DNA from: Octopus sinensis
Taxonomy: Eukaryota
Length of the DNA: 17,012 nucleotides
NCBI RefSeq assembly: GCF_006345805.1
Contig: NW_021824936.1
Location: forward strand, 1 to 17,012
Direction: 5' to 3'
Shown: piece by piece, positions 1-9,099 of the stretch
Layout of the letters: each line of letters opens with the position of its first letter
How positions within the stretch are numbered: position 1 is the stretch's first letter
Notes under the pieces: generated by a model
The model's database searches: none
What the model was told of the DNA's origin: nothing
Seen by the model: only the letters and a program-made list of their open reading frames with translations
Made by a program: the position numbers and the translations under genes

Positions 1-326
1 TGATGTTCATCTATTTTGATTTGTTAAAAAAAAAAACTAGAAAGGGAAAAAAAGCGAAAGTACTTAAGGAAGAAGACGTACAACCATTATCCTCATTAAC
101 ACCATTGCCATCACGATCACAGTTTTAATTTTTGATGTGAATTGTGCCAGTTGGGGTTGACTAGATCCTGCACAAGTGCATTGTCGCCTATCTTGATATT
201 GTTTCATCTCCAGCCAATAAAGGAGTCTTTGTATGGTCAAGGAGTATGTCAGACATGGTAGCCACATCTGTGCCATAGTGAATCTTAAGTATTTTAACCC
301 TTTAGCATTTAAAATCAGATCCTATT

Positions 327-453
327 GGCGCAGGAGTGGCTGTATGGTAAGTAGCTTGCTTACCAACCACATGGTTCTGGGTTCAGTCCCACTGCGTGGC
401 ACCTTGGGTAGTGTCTTCTACTATAGCCCCGGGCCGACCAAAGCCTTGTGAGT
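327..453 (+). mobile_element. Family A SINE, 5' fragment (tRNA-derived head + CORE-like segment)
   Basis: Starts GGCGCAGGAGTGGCTG; A-box-like TGGCTGTATGG, B-box-like GGTTCAGTCCC, CORE-like GGCACCTTGGG..GTGTCTT; matches a dozen other copies in the window. Confidence 0.9.
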
Positions 454-480
454 TTCAATGTATCCATGCCCAGGGAAGTA

Positions 481-640
481 AAGCATATTTCGTCTGCCAT
501 TACGTTCTGAGTTCAAATTCCACCGAGGTCGACTTTGCTCTTCATCCTTTCAGGGTCAATGAAATAAGTACCAGTTACGCACAGGGGTCGATGAAATTGA
601 CTTAATCTCTTTGTCTGTCCCTGTGGGCAATAAAGAAATA
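481..640 (+). mobile_element. Family B SINE, 5'-truncated monomer (Meta-like body)
   Basis: TATTTCGTCTGCC-TTACGTTCTGAGTTCAAATTCC...AATAAGTACCAGTT...GGGCAATAAAGAAATA, aligns with copies at 1313-1952 and 7959-8373. Confidence 0.85.
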
Positions 641-876
641 CTTATGGTGTGAAGTGAGGAAGGATTGTGCCTTATTTTCAGCCATTTATTAACCACAATT
701 ACAAAAAGGAAACTCGTGTTTAAAAGAGAAGCTATATCAGAGTGCAGCAGACAAATTGGGTTAATCCATATTGTTAGGCTAGGGACAGGATTAAGGCAGA
801 TTTAAAATTAATCCCAATTCAAGTTACAATTTGACTGCCATGTAGAGAGGATTGAACCACAAGTGCATGAATGAAC

Positions 877-1160
877 ATGTGTGTGCTTGTATACGTGTGT
901 GTGTGTGTGTGCATGTATGCATGTGTGCATGTATGCACGTGTGTGTGCATGTATGCGTGTGTGTGTGTGTGCATACAAGAACACTTCTGTAATGAAAGGA
1001 AATGAGAAATTAGAAAAAGGTGAAAAGAAAACTGTATGCATGTGAGTGATACTACATGTGTGTGTGTCTGCACATGTGGGAGCGATGGATATGGTTAGTG
1101 TGAATACATCTGTGTGCACTCGTGTATGCATGTGTCTGCGCACGTGCGTGCATGTGTGTG
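877..1160. repeat. Compound (GT)n/(GCAT)-type microsatellite with a short unique gap (~976-1034)
   Basis: Direct reading; explains the His/Thr-rich ORFs 808-1200 and 819-1073. Confidence 0.9.
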
Positions 1161-1312
1161 GGCACAGGTGTGGCTGTGTGGTAAGAAGATTGCTTCCCAA
1201 CTACATGGTTCCAGGTTTGGTCCCATTGCATGGCACCTTGGGCAATTATCTCCTACTATAGCCTGAGGCTGACCAAAGCCTTGTGAATGGATTTGGTAGG
1301 CAGAAACTGAAA
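1161..1312 (+). mobile_element. Family A SINE 5' half, interrupted by family B insertions
   Basis: GGCACAGGTGTGGCTGTGTGGTAAG...GAAACTGAAA; a probable degenerate continuation (GAAACTCATTGTATGTGTG) resumes at ~1948. Confidence 0.85.
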
Positions 1313-1720
1313 GGCTGCGAGCTGGCAGAATCGTTAGCACACCAGGTGAAATGCTTATCAGTATTTTCGTCTGCCGTTACGTTCTGAGTTCAAATTCCGC
1401 CAAGGTTGACTTTGCCTTTCATACTTTCAGGGTCAATTAAATAAGTACCAGTTATGCACTGGGGTTCATATAATCGACTTAATCCGTTTGTCTGTCCTTG
1501 TTTGTCCCCTCTGTGTTTAGCTCCTTGTTGGTAGTAAAGAAATAAGTATTTTCGTCTGCCGTTACGTTCTGAGTTCAAATTCTGCTGAGGTCGACTTTGC
1601 CTTTCATCCTTTTGGGGTCGATTAAATAAGTACCAGTTACGCACTGGGGTCGATGTAATCGACTTAATCCCTTTGTTTGTCCCCTCTGTGTTTAGCCCCT
1701 TGTGGGCAATAAATAAATAA
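1313..1720 (+). mobile_element. Family B SINE, dimeric form (head + two tandem bodies)
   Basis: Head GGCTGCGAGCTGGCAGAATCGTTAGC, B-box GAGTTCAAATTCC; body repeated from 1546; flanked by GAAACTGAAA at 1303-1312 and 1721-1730. Confidence 0.9.
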
Positions 1721-1730
1721 GAAACTGAAA

Positions 1731-1952
1731 GGCGGTGAGCTGGCAGAATCGTTAGCATGCCGGGCAAAATGCTTAGCAGTATTTCGTCTGCCGTTACGTT
1801 CTGAGTTCAAATTCCGCCGAGGTCGCCTTTGCCTTTCATCCTTTCGGGGTCGATTTAATAAATACCAGTTACGCACAGAGATTGATGTAATCGACTTAAT
1901 CTGTTTGTCTGTCCTTGTTTGTCCCCTTGTGGGCAATAAAGAAATAAGAAAC
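1731..1952 (+). mobile_element. Family B SINE, full-length monomer
   Basis: GGCGGTGAGCTGGCAGAATCGTTAGC to GGGCAATAAAGAAATAAGAAA. Confidence 0.9.
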
Positions 1953-2364
1953 TCATTGTATGTGTGTATGTGTGTGTGTGAATATACCAAATTAAAAACA
2001 TGATATTTAATGTAAAAATAATCCAATGTTTTATTTTTTTATGTAATTTTCTTCAGTTCCTGTATTTCATTCCATTTCCTGTTTATTTATTTATTTATTT
2101 TAACGTTTTAGGTTCTGCACATTAACAACACACAACAGGGCCAAGAAACTCTAAGGAAAAACAAAGAATAAAGCCAACAGAACGCTAACCCACTGAGGAT
2201 TGAAATCAACTTCCTTGGAGCCACTCCCCAAAGAGCAGAACTCAAAAAATTAATGGAACACAATTAAGTTCTGTCACACCACAGCTTTCATTATGTGAAT
2301 AAGCCATAAATCGTTAATATACTTTGTCGACACAAGATGTGAGTTTACAAGGAATGGAGTTAAT

Positions 2365-2548
2365 AGTGGCTGTGTGGCAAGAAGCTTGCTTACCAACCAC
2401 ATGGTTATGGGTTCAGTCCCACTGCGTGGCATCTTGGGCAAGTGTCTTCTGCTATAGCCCCGGGCCGACCAATGCCTTGTGATTGGATTTGGTAGACGGA
2501 AACTGAAAGAAGCCTGTCGTATATATGTATATATATATATATATTTAT
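2365..2548 (+). mobile_element. Family A SINE 5' half ending in its internal (TA)n
   Basis: AGTGGCTGTGTGG...GAAACTGAAAGAAGCCTGTCG(TA)n. Confidence 0.9.
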
Positions 2549-2549
2549 A

Positions 2550-2968
2550 GGCGCAGGAGTGGCTATGTGGTAAGTAGCTTGCTTACCAACCACATGGTTC
2601 TGGGTTCAGTCCCACTGCGTGGCATCTTGGGCAAGTGTCTTCTGCTATAGCCCCGGGCCGACCATTGCCCTGTGAGTGGATTTGGTAGACGGAAAGTGAA
2701 AGAAGCCTGTCGTATATATGTATATATATATATATGTATGTGCGTGTATATGTTTGTGTGTCTGTGTTTGTCCCCCTAGCATTGCTTGACAACCGATGCT
2801 GGTGTGTTTTACGTGCCCGTCACTTAGCGGTTCAGCACAAAGAGACCGATAGAATAATCTTACTGGCTTACAAAGAATAGTACCGGGTGTAGATTTGCTC
2901 GACTAAAGGCGGTGCTCCAGCATGGCCGCAGTCAAATGACTGACAAGTAAAAAGTAAAGAGTAAAGAG
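2550..2968 (+). mobile_element. Family A SINE, full length (~420 bp)
   Basis: GGCGCAGGAG head, CORE-like segment, internal (TA)n(TG)n, 3' GGCGGTGCTCCAGCATGGCCGCAGTCAAATGACTGA and (AGTAAA(A)G)n tail. Confidence 0.93.
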
Positions 2969-2996
2969 TTAGCTGGAATAATTATGGTAAAATCAA

Positions 2997-3140
2997 GGCA
3001 GCGAACTGATAGAATCATTTTGTCTTGGAATCATGTTCTGGGTTCAAATATCACTGAGGTTGACTTTATCTTTCATCCTTCCGGGATCGATAAAATAAGT
3101 ACCAGTTGAGGACTGGCATCGATACCCGAAATTGCTAGCC
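2997..3140 (+). mobile_element. Diverged family B-related SINE
   Basis: GGGTTCAAAT..GAGGTTGACTTT..TTTCATCCTTCCGGGATCGATAAAATAAGTACCAGTT, with internal deletions. Confidence 0.7.
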
Positions 3141-3144
3141 CTCT

Positions 3145-3352
3145 CTCTTTACTCTTTTACTTGCTTCAGTCATTTGACTGTGGCCATGCTGGAGCACCGC
3201 CTTTAGTCGAGAAAATCGACCCCGGGACTTATTCTCTGTAAGCCTAGTACTTATTTTATCGGTCTCTTTTGTCAAACCAGCATCTGTTGTTAAGCGATGT
3301 TGGGGGGACAAAGACAGACACACATACACACAAACACATACACACACACATA

Positions 3353-3389
<37 letters not shown>

Positions 3390-3502
3390 CATATATACAA
3401 CATGCAGCCTGGTCCGGGATTTGAACTCACTACTTCACGATTGTGATTTTGACGCTCTAACCACTGAACCATGCACCTTCACACACACACAAACACACAC
3501 AC

Positions 3503-3533
<31 letters not shown>

Positions 3534-3695
3534 CGACAGGCTTCTTTCAGTTTTCATCTACCAAATAAACTCACAAGGCTGTGGTCGGCCCGAGGCTATA
3601 GTAGAAGACATTTGCCCAAGGTGCCATGCAGTGGGACTGAACCCGGAACCATGTGGCTCGTAAGCAAGCTACATACCACACAGCCATTCCTACAC

Positions 3696-3696
<1 letters not shown>
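3145..3696 (-). mobile_element. Family A SINE, near full length, antisense, interrupted at 3397-3480
   Basis: Reverse complement of 2550-2968 from the tail (CTCTTTACTCTTTTAC) to the head (CAGCCATTCCTACACC). Confidence 0.9.
3397..3480 (-). mobile_element. tRNA-derived SINE head (family D, related to C) inside the microsatellite of family A
   Basis: Reverse complement reads GAAGGTGCATGGTTCAGTGGTTAGAGCG...GAGTTCAAATCCCGGACCAGGC: A and B boxes; shares CCCGGACC.GGC with the 12257 element. Confidence 0.75.
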
Positions 3697-3733
<37 letters not shown>

Positions 3734-3898
3734 CTAATACATATATACACATATGTGTGTGTGTCCTATCCTGTCTGTGCTAATGTTTACATATGCCAGT
3801 CTACGATGTTTTTCTACTTAAACAGATGCTGTTATCCTCAACGGGTTTCCTTTCTTGTAATCACCATATGCTCTTTTTTTATTATTCAGCTCATTATC

Positions 3899-4057
3899 AG
3901 TATTATTATTATTATTATTGTTGTTGTTGTTGTTGTTGTTTTTTGTTGGTCATCTTTGTAATGTTCTCCATTCATCACCAATGTAAGAAATCGGTGTTAT
4001 TGTTTTCTTCTCATAGTCATTATTATTATTGTTGTTATCATCATTATTATTATTATT
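3899..4057. repeat. (TAT)n/(TGT)n trinucleotide tracts (3899-3941 and 4021-4057)
   Basis: Direct reading. Confidence 0.9.
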
Positions 4058-4299
4058 GAGTGAGAGAGCAGTGCATGCCATCAAAGTGACACTGGGGTAC
4101 AAATATACGAAGCCCAGTATACCCATCATGACTACCCGTCTGATAAAGGTACACCAGGCACATGCATCACAACCATATGTACACGACATGGTGATCTCAT
4201 ATCAAGATAAACAGCACATGACCTTCCAAGTGGGGCCCTATTAGAATTTTCTTTTGATTGAGTAACCCATCCTGCTCAAAAGGTCCCTGAATAAGGGTT
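4058..4299 (-). mobile_element. Family E interspersed repeat, 3' part (non-LTR-type end followed by (AAT)n)
   Basis: Minus strand ends ...GCACTGCTCTCTCACTC-(AAT)n. Only one copy in the window, so repeat status rests on recall of octopus sequence. Confidence 0.55.
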
Positions 4300-4710
4300 A
4301 CTCTTTTACTCTTTTACTTGTTTCAGTCATTTGACTGTGGCCATGCTGGAGCCCACCTTTTTAGTCGAGCAAATCAACCCCAGGACTTATTCTTTGTAAG
4401 CCTAGTACTTATTCTATCGGTCTCTTTTGCCGAACCGCTAAGTTACGGGGACGTACACACACCAGCATCGGTTGTCAAGCGATGTTGGGGGGACAAACAC
4501 AGACACACAAACATACACACACATATATATATATATATACATATATATATACGACGGGCTTCTTTCAGTTTCCGTCTACCAAATCCACTCACAAGGCTTT
4601 GGTCGGCCCGGGGCTATAGCAGAAGACACTTGCCCAAGGTGCCACGCAGTGGGACTGAACCCGGAACCATGTGGTTGGTAAGCAAGCTACTTACCACACA
4701 GCCACTCCTG
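4300..4710 (-). mobile_element. Family A SINE, near full length, antisense, inserted into family E
   Basis: Tail ACTCTTTTACTCTTTTAC to head CAGCCACTCCTG; high identity to 2550-2968. Confidence 0.93.
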
Positions 4711-4810
4711 AACGAAACACCCATGTTTCCAAAGGTGAATTATTCAAACCCCAAAGAATCCCTCTCAACACATGGTTATGATGTTCCCCCACTGCTCCTG
4801 CTCATGATCA
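4711..4810 (-). mobile_element. Family E, probable upstream continuation
   Basis: Complex sequence resuming right after the A insertion and ending at an (AGT)n tract; continuity with 4058-4299 is recalled, not shown by this window. Confidence 0.45.
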
Positions 4811-4811
4811 A

Positions 4812-4842
<31 letters not shown>

Positions 4843-4843
4843 T
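4812..4843. repeat. (AGT)n microsatellite
   Basis: Direct reading. Confidence 0.9.
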
Positions 4844-4897
4844 ACTTAAGTACCAGTACAGCATAAGATATGAGCATACAAGCATTTAGACACATAC

Positions 4898-5089
4898 CCA
4901 GATGTAATCAGTCCCACATTAAAACTAGTCTGCCAAGATGGGCATTTTTCAGTATCTTGGAGACGAGAACTGAACCGGCTAGTTCCATCTTTATTCAATA
5001 ATTCTGCCAGAATTCACTCAACTCAATCTGCAACAATTCCAATAGAAGCGCCAACATAAGCAGAGGCAGTCATGATACTTATTGGAATT
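4898..5089 (-). other. Candidate exon, 192 nt, with two in-frame TGA codons; product unknown
   Basis: ttttcttag| acceptor and |gtatgt donor; one frame is open for 63 codons except TGA at 5025-5023 and 5016-5014. No homology recognised. Confidence 0.2.
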
Positions 5090-5154
5090 CTAAGAAAACT
5101 TGTGACTACCACAGATCATTTACATAATGGTACCAAGTTGAATGACCTAACTAC

Positions 5155-5198
5155 ATGTATGTATATGTGTGTGTGTCTATGTATATGCACATATACAT

Positions 5199-5237
<39 letters not shown>

Positions 5238-5444
5238 AGTGTGTGTATGTGCATACATAGGTGTATATATGTGTGTGTATATGTATGTATGTTTAACGTC
5301 CGCTTTCCATGCTAGCATGGGTTGGACATATATATATACACATACATAGATTATAATTAAATATATATATATATATATACACATACATATATATATACAT
5401 ACATAGATATACATATACATACATATATATACATATATATAAAC

Positions 5445-5475
<31 letters not shown>

Positions 5476-5481
5476 CATATG

Positions 5482-5513
<32 letters not shown>

Positions 5514-5580
5514 CACGCACAATATACATACAATTACAAATATTTTTACATAGACATGCATGCACGCACACACGAACACA
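5155..5580. repeat. Compound (TA)/(CA)/(TG) microsatellite
   Basis: Direct reading. Confidence 0.9.
5291..5327 (-). mobile_element. Family F, 37-bp extreme 3' fragment inside the microsatellite
   Basis: Reverse complement GTCCAACCCATGCTAGCATGGAAAGCGGACGTTAAAC matches the terminus of the F copies. Confidence 0.85.
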
Positions 5581-5611
5581 CACAGAATCGCATTCACATG
5601 CAACATCAAGT

Positions 5612-5667
5612 GGCAGTAGCAGCAGTAGTGGTAGTAGTTGTAGTGGTGGTAGTAGTAACAGTAGTAG
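5612..5667. repeat. Degenerate (AGT/GGT/AGC)n tract
   Basis: Direct reading. Confidence 0.8.
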
Positions 5668-5831
5668 AGAGACATTCCTAAGGGGCTGGTCAGGCAAAAA
5701 CAAAAAAAAAACAAAATTAACAGGAGCTGAGTCAGCAAAAGAGTCTGGAAGTCTTGTGCTCGGCAGTTCCAACTTGTATTTTACTGACAATGGCAAACAC
5801 AAAAATAAAATTAAATTAAATTAAACAAAAC

Positions 5832-6281
5832 TATATATATATATATATATATACACATATATACATACATATATATACATATATATATATATATACATAT
5901 ACATACATATACATATATATATACATATTATACATATACATATGTATACATATATATACATTACATATATATATACATATATACATAATATATATATATA
6001 TATATATATCATATGTATACATATTATACATATCATACATATATATATACATATACATATATATATAACATATATATCCATATTTCTATACATATATACA
6101 TATACATACATATACATACATATAGATATATATACATATACATATGTATACATATATACATATACATATATATACATATACATATATCTATACTATACAT
6201 ATATATATATATATACATATACCTACGTATACATATATATACATATACATATATATATATACATATAATATATATATATAC

Positions 6282-6313
<32 letters not shown>

Positions 6314-6367
6314 ATATGAATATACATATATATATACATATTATACACACACACACACACACACACG

Positions 6368-6398
<31 letters not shown>

Positions 6399-6425
6399 GT
6401 ATGTATGTATGTATGTATATTATAT
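5832..6425. repeat. ~600-bp compound (TA)n/(TACA)/(CA)n/(TATG)n microsatellite
   Basis: Direct reading; explains all Tyr/Ile ORFs here. Confidence 0.95.
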
Positions 6426-6911
6426 AAATAGAAAATGAATTATAAAAATAAAATTATTTCAAAGCCAACATTGAAAAGGGAAAAAAAATGACAAGAACCA
6501 AAGAAAAAAAACAAAGAAAAAATTCCAAGAAAATTAAATGCTATGCAAAAAAAATAAAACAAAATAAATTAAAATAAAACCGTGATTAGCATGATATCAA
6601 TAGGATTAAGGTGGTGGAGGGGGGGTAGAGATGTCGACATAGGCGCGGGGGTGGGGTGGGGGTATGCGAGTGAGATAAAGATTATGTAAAACCTAGATAA
6701 AATAAATAAAATAAATAAAATAAACGAAGTATATAATTAAATTAAATGAAGTTCGTTAGAGAGCCGGTTCATTTAGTTTTTTTTTGTTTAAATTATTTTA
6801 TTTGAAAAAAAAAATTTTTTTTAATTTTCATTAAATGCATTAAGACTGGCAAAAACAAAATTAAAACAAAATTTTTCAAGTGGCATGTTACAAAGATTGA
6901 AATCTTGGTGA

Positions 6912-7188
6912 GATGATATTATTATTATTATTATTATTGTTGTTGTTGTTGTTGTTATTGTTATTATTATTACTGTTATTATTATTATTATCATTATTAA
7001 TATTGTTGTTATTATTATTATTATTATTAACATTATTGTTGTTGTTGTTATTATTATCATTATTATTATTATTATTGTTGTTGTTATTATTATTATTGTT
7101 ATTATTATCATTATTATTTTTTTTCTTCTTATTATTATTGTTGTTGTTACTATTATTATTATCATTATTATTATTAATTATTGTTGTT

Positions 7189-7226
<38 letters not shown>

Positions 7227-7336
7227 TATTATTATCATCATTATTATTATTGTTGTTATTATTATCATTATTATTATTATTATTGTTGTTGTTATTATTA
7301 TTATTATCATTATTATTATTAATTATTGTTGTTATT

Positions 7337-7371
<35 letters not shown>

Positions 7372-7487
7372 TATTATTATCATCATTATTATTATTGTTG
7401 TTATTATTATCATTATTATTATTATTATTGTTGTTGTTATTAGTATTATTATCATTATTATTATTGTTGTTGTTATTAGTATTATTA

Positions 7488-7530
<43 letters not shown>

Positions 7531-7678
7531 CGTTATTATTATTTTTGTTATCATTATTATTATTATTGTTGTTGTTATTATTATTATCATTATTATTATT
7601 ATTGTTGTTGTTATTATTATTATTACTATTATTGTTATTATTGTTATTATTATTGTTGTTGTAGTTACGGTTGTTATT
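6912..7678. repeat. ~770-bp compound trinucleotide array (ATT/GTT/ATC) with internal higher-order duplications
   Basis: Direct reading; explains poly-Leu/Ile/Asn ORFs. Confidence 0.95.
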
Positions 7679-7858
7679 TGTATGTCATGGTGCCATTTTG
7701 AAGGGCTTCAATATTGAAGTGTGACTGATGATAAGAATGTATTTGAACGAAATGCTTCCAGCTAACACAGAAATAGAGAAATTATAAAAATCTAGTTTTT
7801 TTTTCTGTCTGGGAAGGAGTTGGCTGCAAGTATCTGTTTAATTTAGGCAACAAGAATT

Positions 7859-8460
7859 AGGAGTGACTGTGTGGTAAGAAGCTTGCTTCTCAAACCACAT
7901 GGTTCCGGGTTCAGTCCCACCACTTGCCACCTTGGTTAACTAATTGTCTTCTACTATATATTTCTTTATTGCCCACAAGGGGCTAAACATAGAGGGGACA
8001 AACAAGGACAGACAAATGGATTAAGTTGATTATATCGACCCCAGTGCATAACTGGTACTTATTTAATCGACCCTGAAAGGATGAAAGTTAAAGTCGACCT
8101 CGGTGGAATTTGAACTCAGAACGTAGCGGCAGACGAAATACCTATTTCTTTATTACCTACAAGGGGCTAAACACAGAGGGACAAACAAGGACAGACATAG
8201 GTATTAAGATTGATTACATTGACCCCAGTGCGTAACTGGTACTTATTTAATCGATCCCAAAAGGATGAAAGGCAAAGTTGACCTCAGTGGAATTTGAACT
8301 CAGAACGTAGCAGCAGACGAAATACCGCTAAGCATTTCGCCCGGTGTGCTAACGTGTCTGCCAGCTCACCGCCTTCTGTCATCTGCTATAGCCTTGGGCC
8401 AAACAAAGCTTTGTGTGTGGATTTGGTAAATGGAAACTAAAAGAAGCCTGTCATATATGT
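7859..8460 (+). mobile_element. Diverged family A SINE 5' half (7859-7958 and 8377-8460) split by a family B insertion
   Basis: Head AGGAGTGACTGTGTGGTAAG to ...CTACTATA, resuming TGTCATCTGCTATAGCC...GAAGCCTGTC. Confidence 0.85.
7959..8373 (-). mobile_element. Family B SINE, dimeric form, antisense
   Basis: Head at 8373 (GGCGGTGAGCTGGCAG on minus), bodies 8143-8373 and 7959-8142; probable TSD 7945-7958 / 8377-8390 (12 of 14 identical). Confidence 0.92.
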
Positions 8461-8472
8461 ATATCCATATTG

Positions 8473-9048
8473 TGCTTGAGAAGACCCGGCAAGCCAAGTG
8501 AGACAATAACCCCGTGGCCTATGCCAGGGGTGTAAGCAGCCCACCTGTGCGTACCTTTCCTTCATTGGACACTAAACTCTGCTTGCAAAGACCTGTTGAG
8601 GCAAGTGAAATCAAAATCAAATTTGAAGACTGGCATCCATACTAGTGGAGCGCTAAGAGCACCAGAAGCAGCTGACTGGCTTCCATGCCTGTGGCATGTA
8701 AAAAGCACCATTCGAGCATGATCGTTACCAGCGTTGCCTTACTGGCACGTAAAAAACCCATTCAAGTGAGGTCGTTGCCAAGTGCCGCTGGACTGGCTCC
8801 TGTGCAGGTGGCACTTAAAAAAACCCATTTGAGTGTGGCCTTTGCCAGTACTGCCTGACTGGCTCTCATGCTGGTGGCACGTAAAAGCACCCACTACATT
8901 CTCGGAGTGGTTGGCGTTAGGAAGGGCATCCAGCTGTAGAAACTCTGTCACATCAGATTGGAGCCTGATGCAGCCATCTGCTTCGCCAGTCCTCAGTCAA
9001 ATCGTCCAACCCATGCTAGAATGGAAAGCGACATTAAACGATGATGAT
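8473..9048 (+). mobile_element. Family F, longest copy (non-LTR-derived, RTE-like by inference), with internal ~66-bp tandem units and (GAT)n tail
   Basis: 3' part GGTTGGCGTTAGGAAGGGCATCCAGC...CCAACCCATGCTAG...TTAAAC(GAT)n is shared with four other copies; the 5' part is single-copy here. Confidence 0.8.
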
Positions 9049-9099
9049 ATATATATATATATATTTATATATGTGTGTGTGTGTGTATATATATATCAC

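Noticed and set aside
214-243. 30-nt plus-strand microexon (cag|CCA...GGA|gtatgt)
   Set aside because: Good sites but too short to evaluate, and overlaps a competing minus-strand ORF.
294-313. piggyBac-like end TTAA-CCCTTT
   Set aside because: No matching inverted end found in the window.
3397-3480. Functional tRNA gene (also considered for 12257-12330)
   Set aside because: A and B boxes are present but acceptor and anticodon stems are not convincing, and 12257 continues into a SINE body.
5600-5823. Ser/Gly-rich plus frame and minus-strand acceptors near 5680-5785
   Set aside because: Openness is largely due to the AGT/GGT tract; no convincing donor.
7720-7770. Hammerhead-like CTGATGA...GAAA
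   Set aside because: Stem II does not pair, stem III needs a bulge and stem I has a mismatch at the core; likely chance.
8590-8630. CTGTTGAG..GAAA as a minimal hammerhead
   Set aside because: Core substitution and no UH cleavage triplet after the putative stem III.
8647-8895. CRISPR-like repeat-spacer appearance
   Set aside because: Spacers are homologous to each other, the context is eukaryotic and no cas genes are present.
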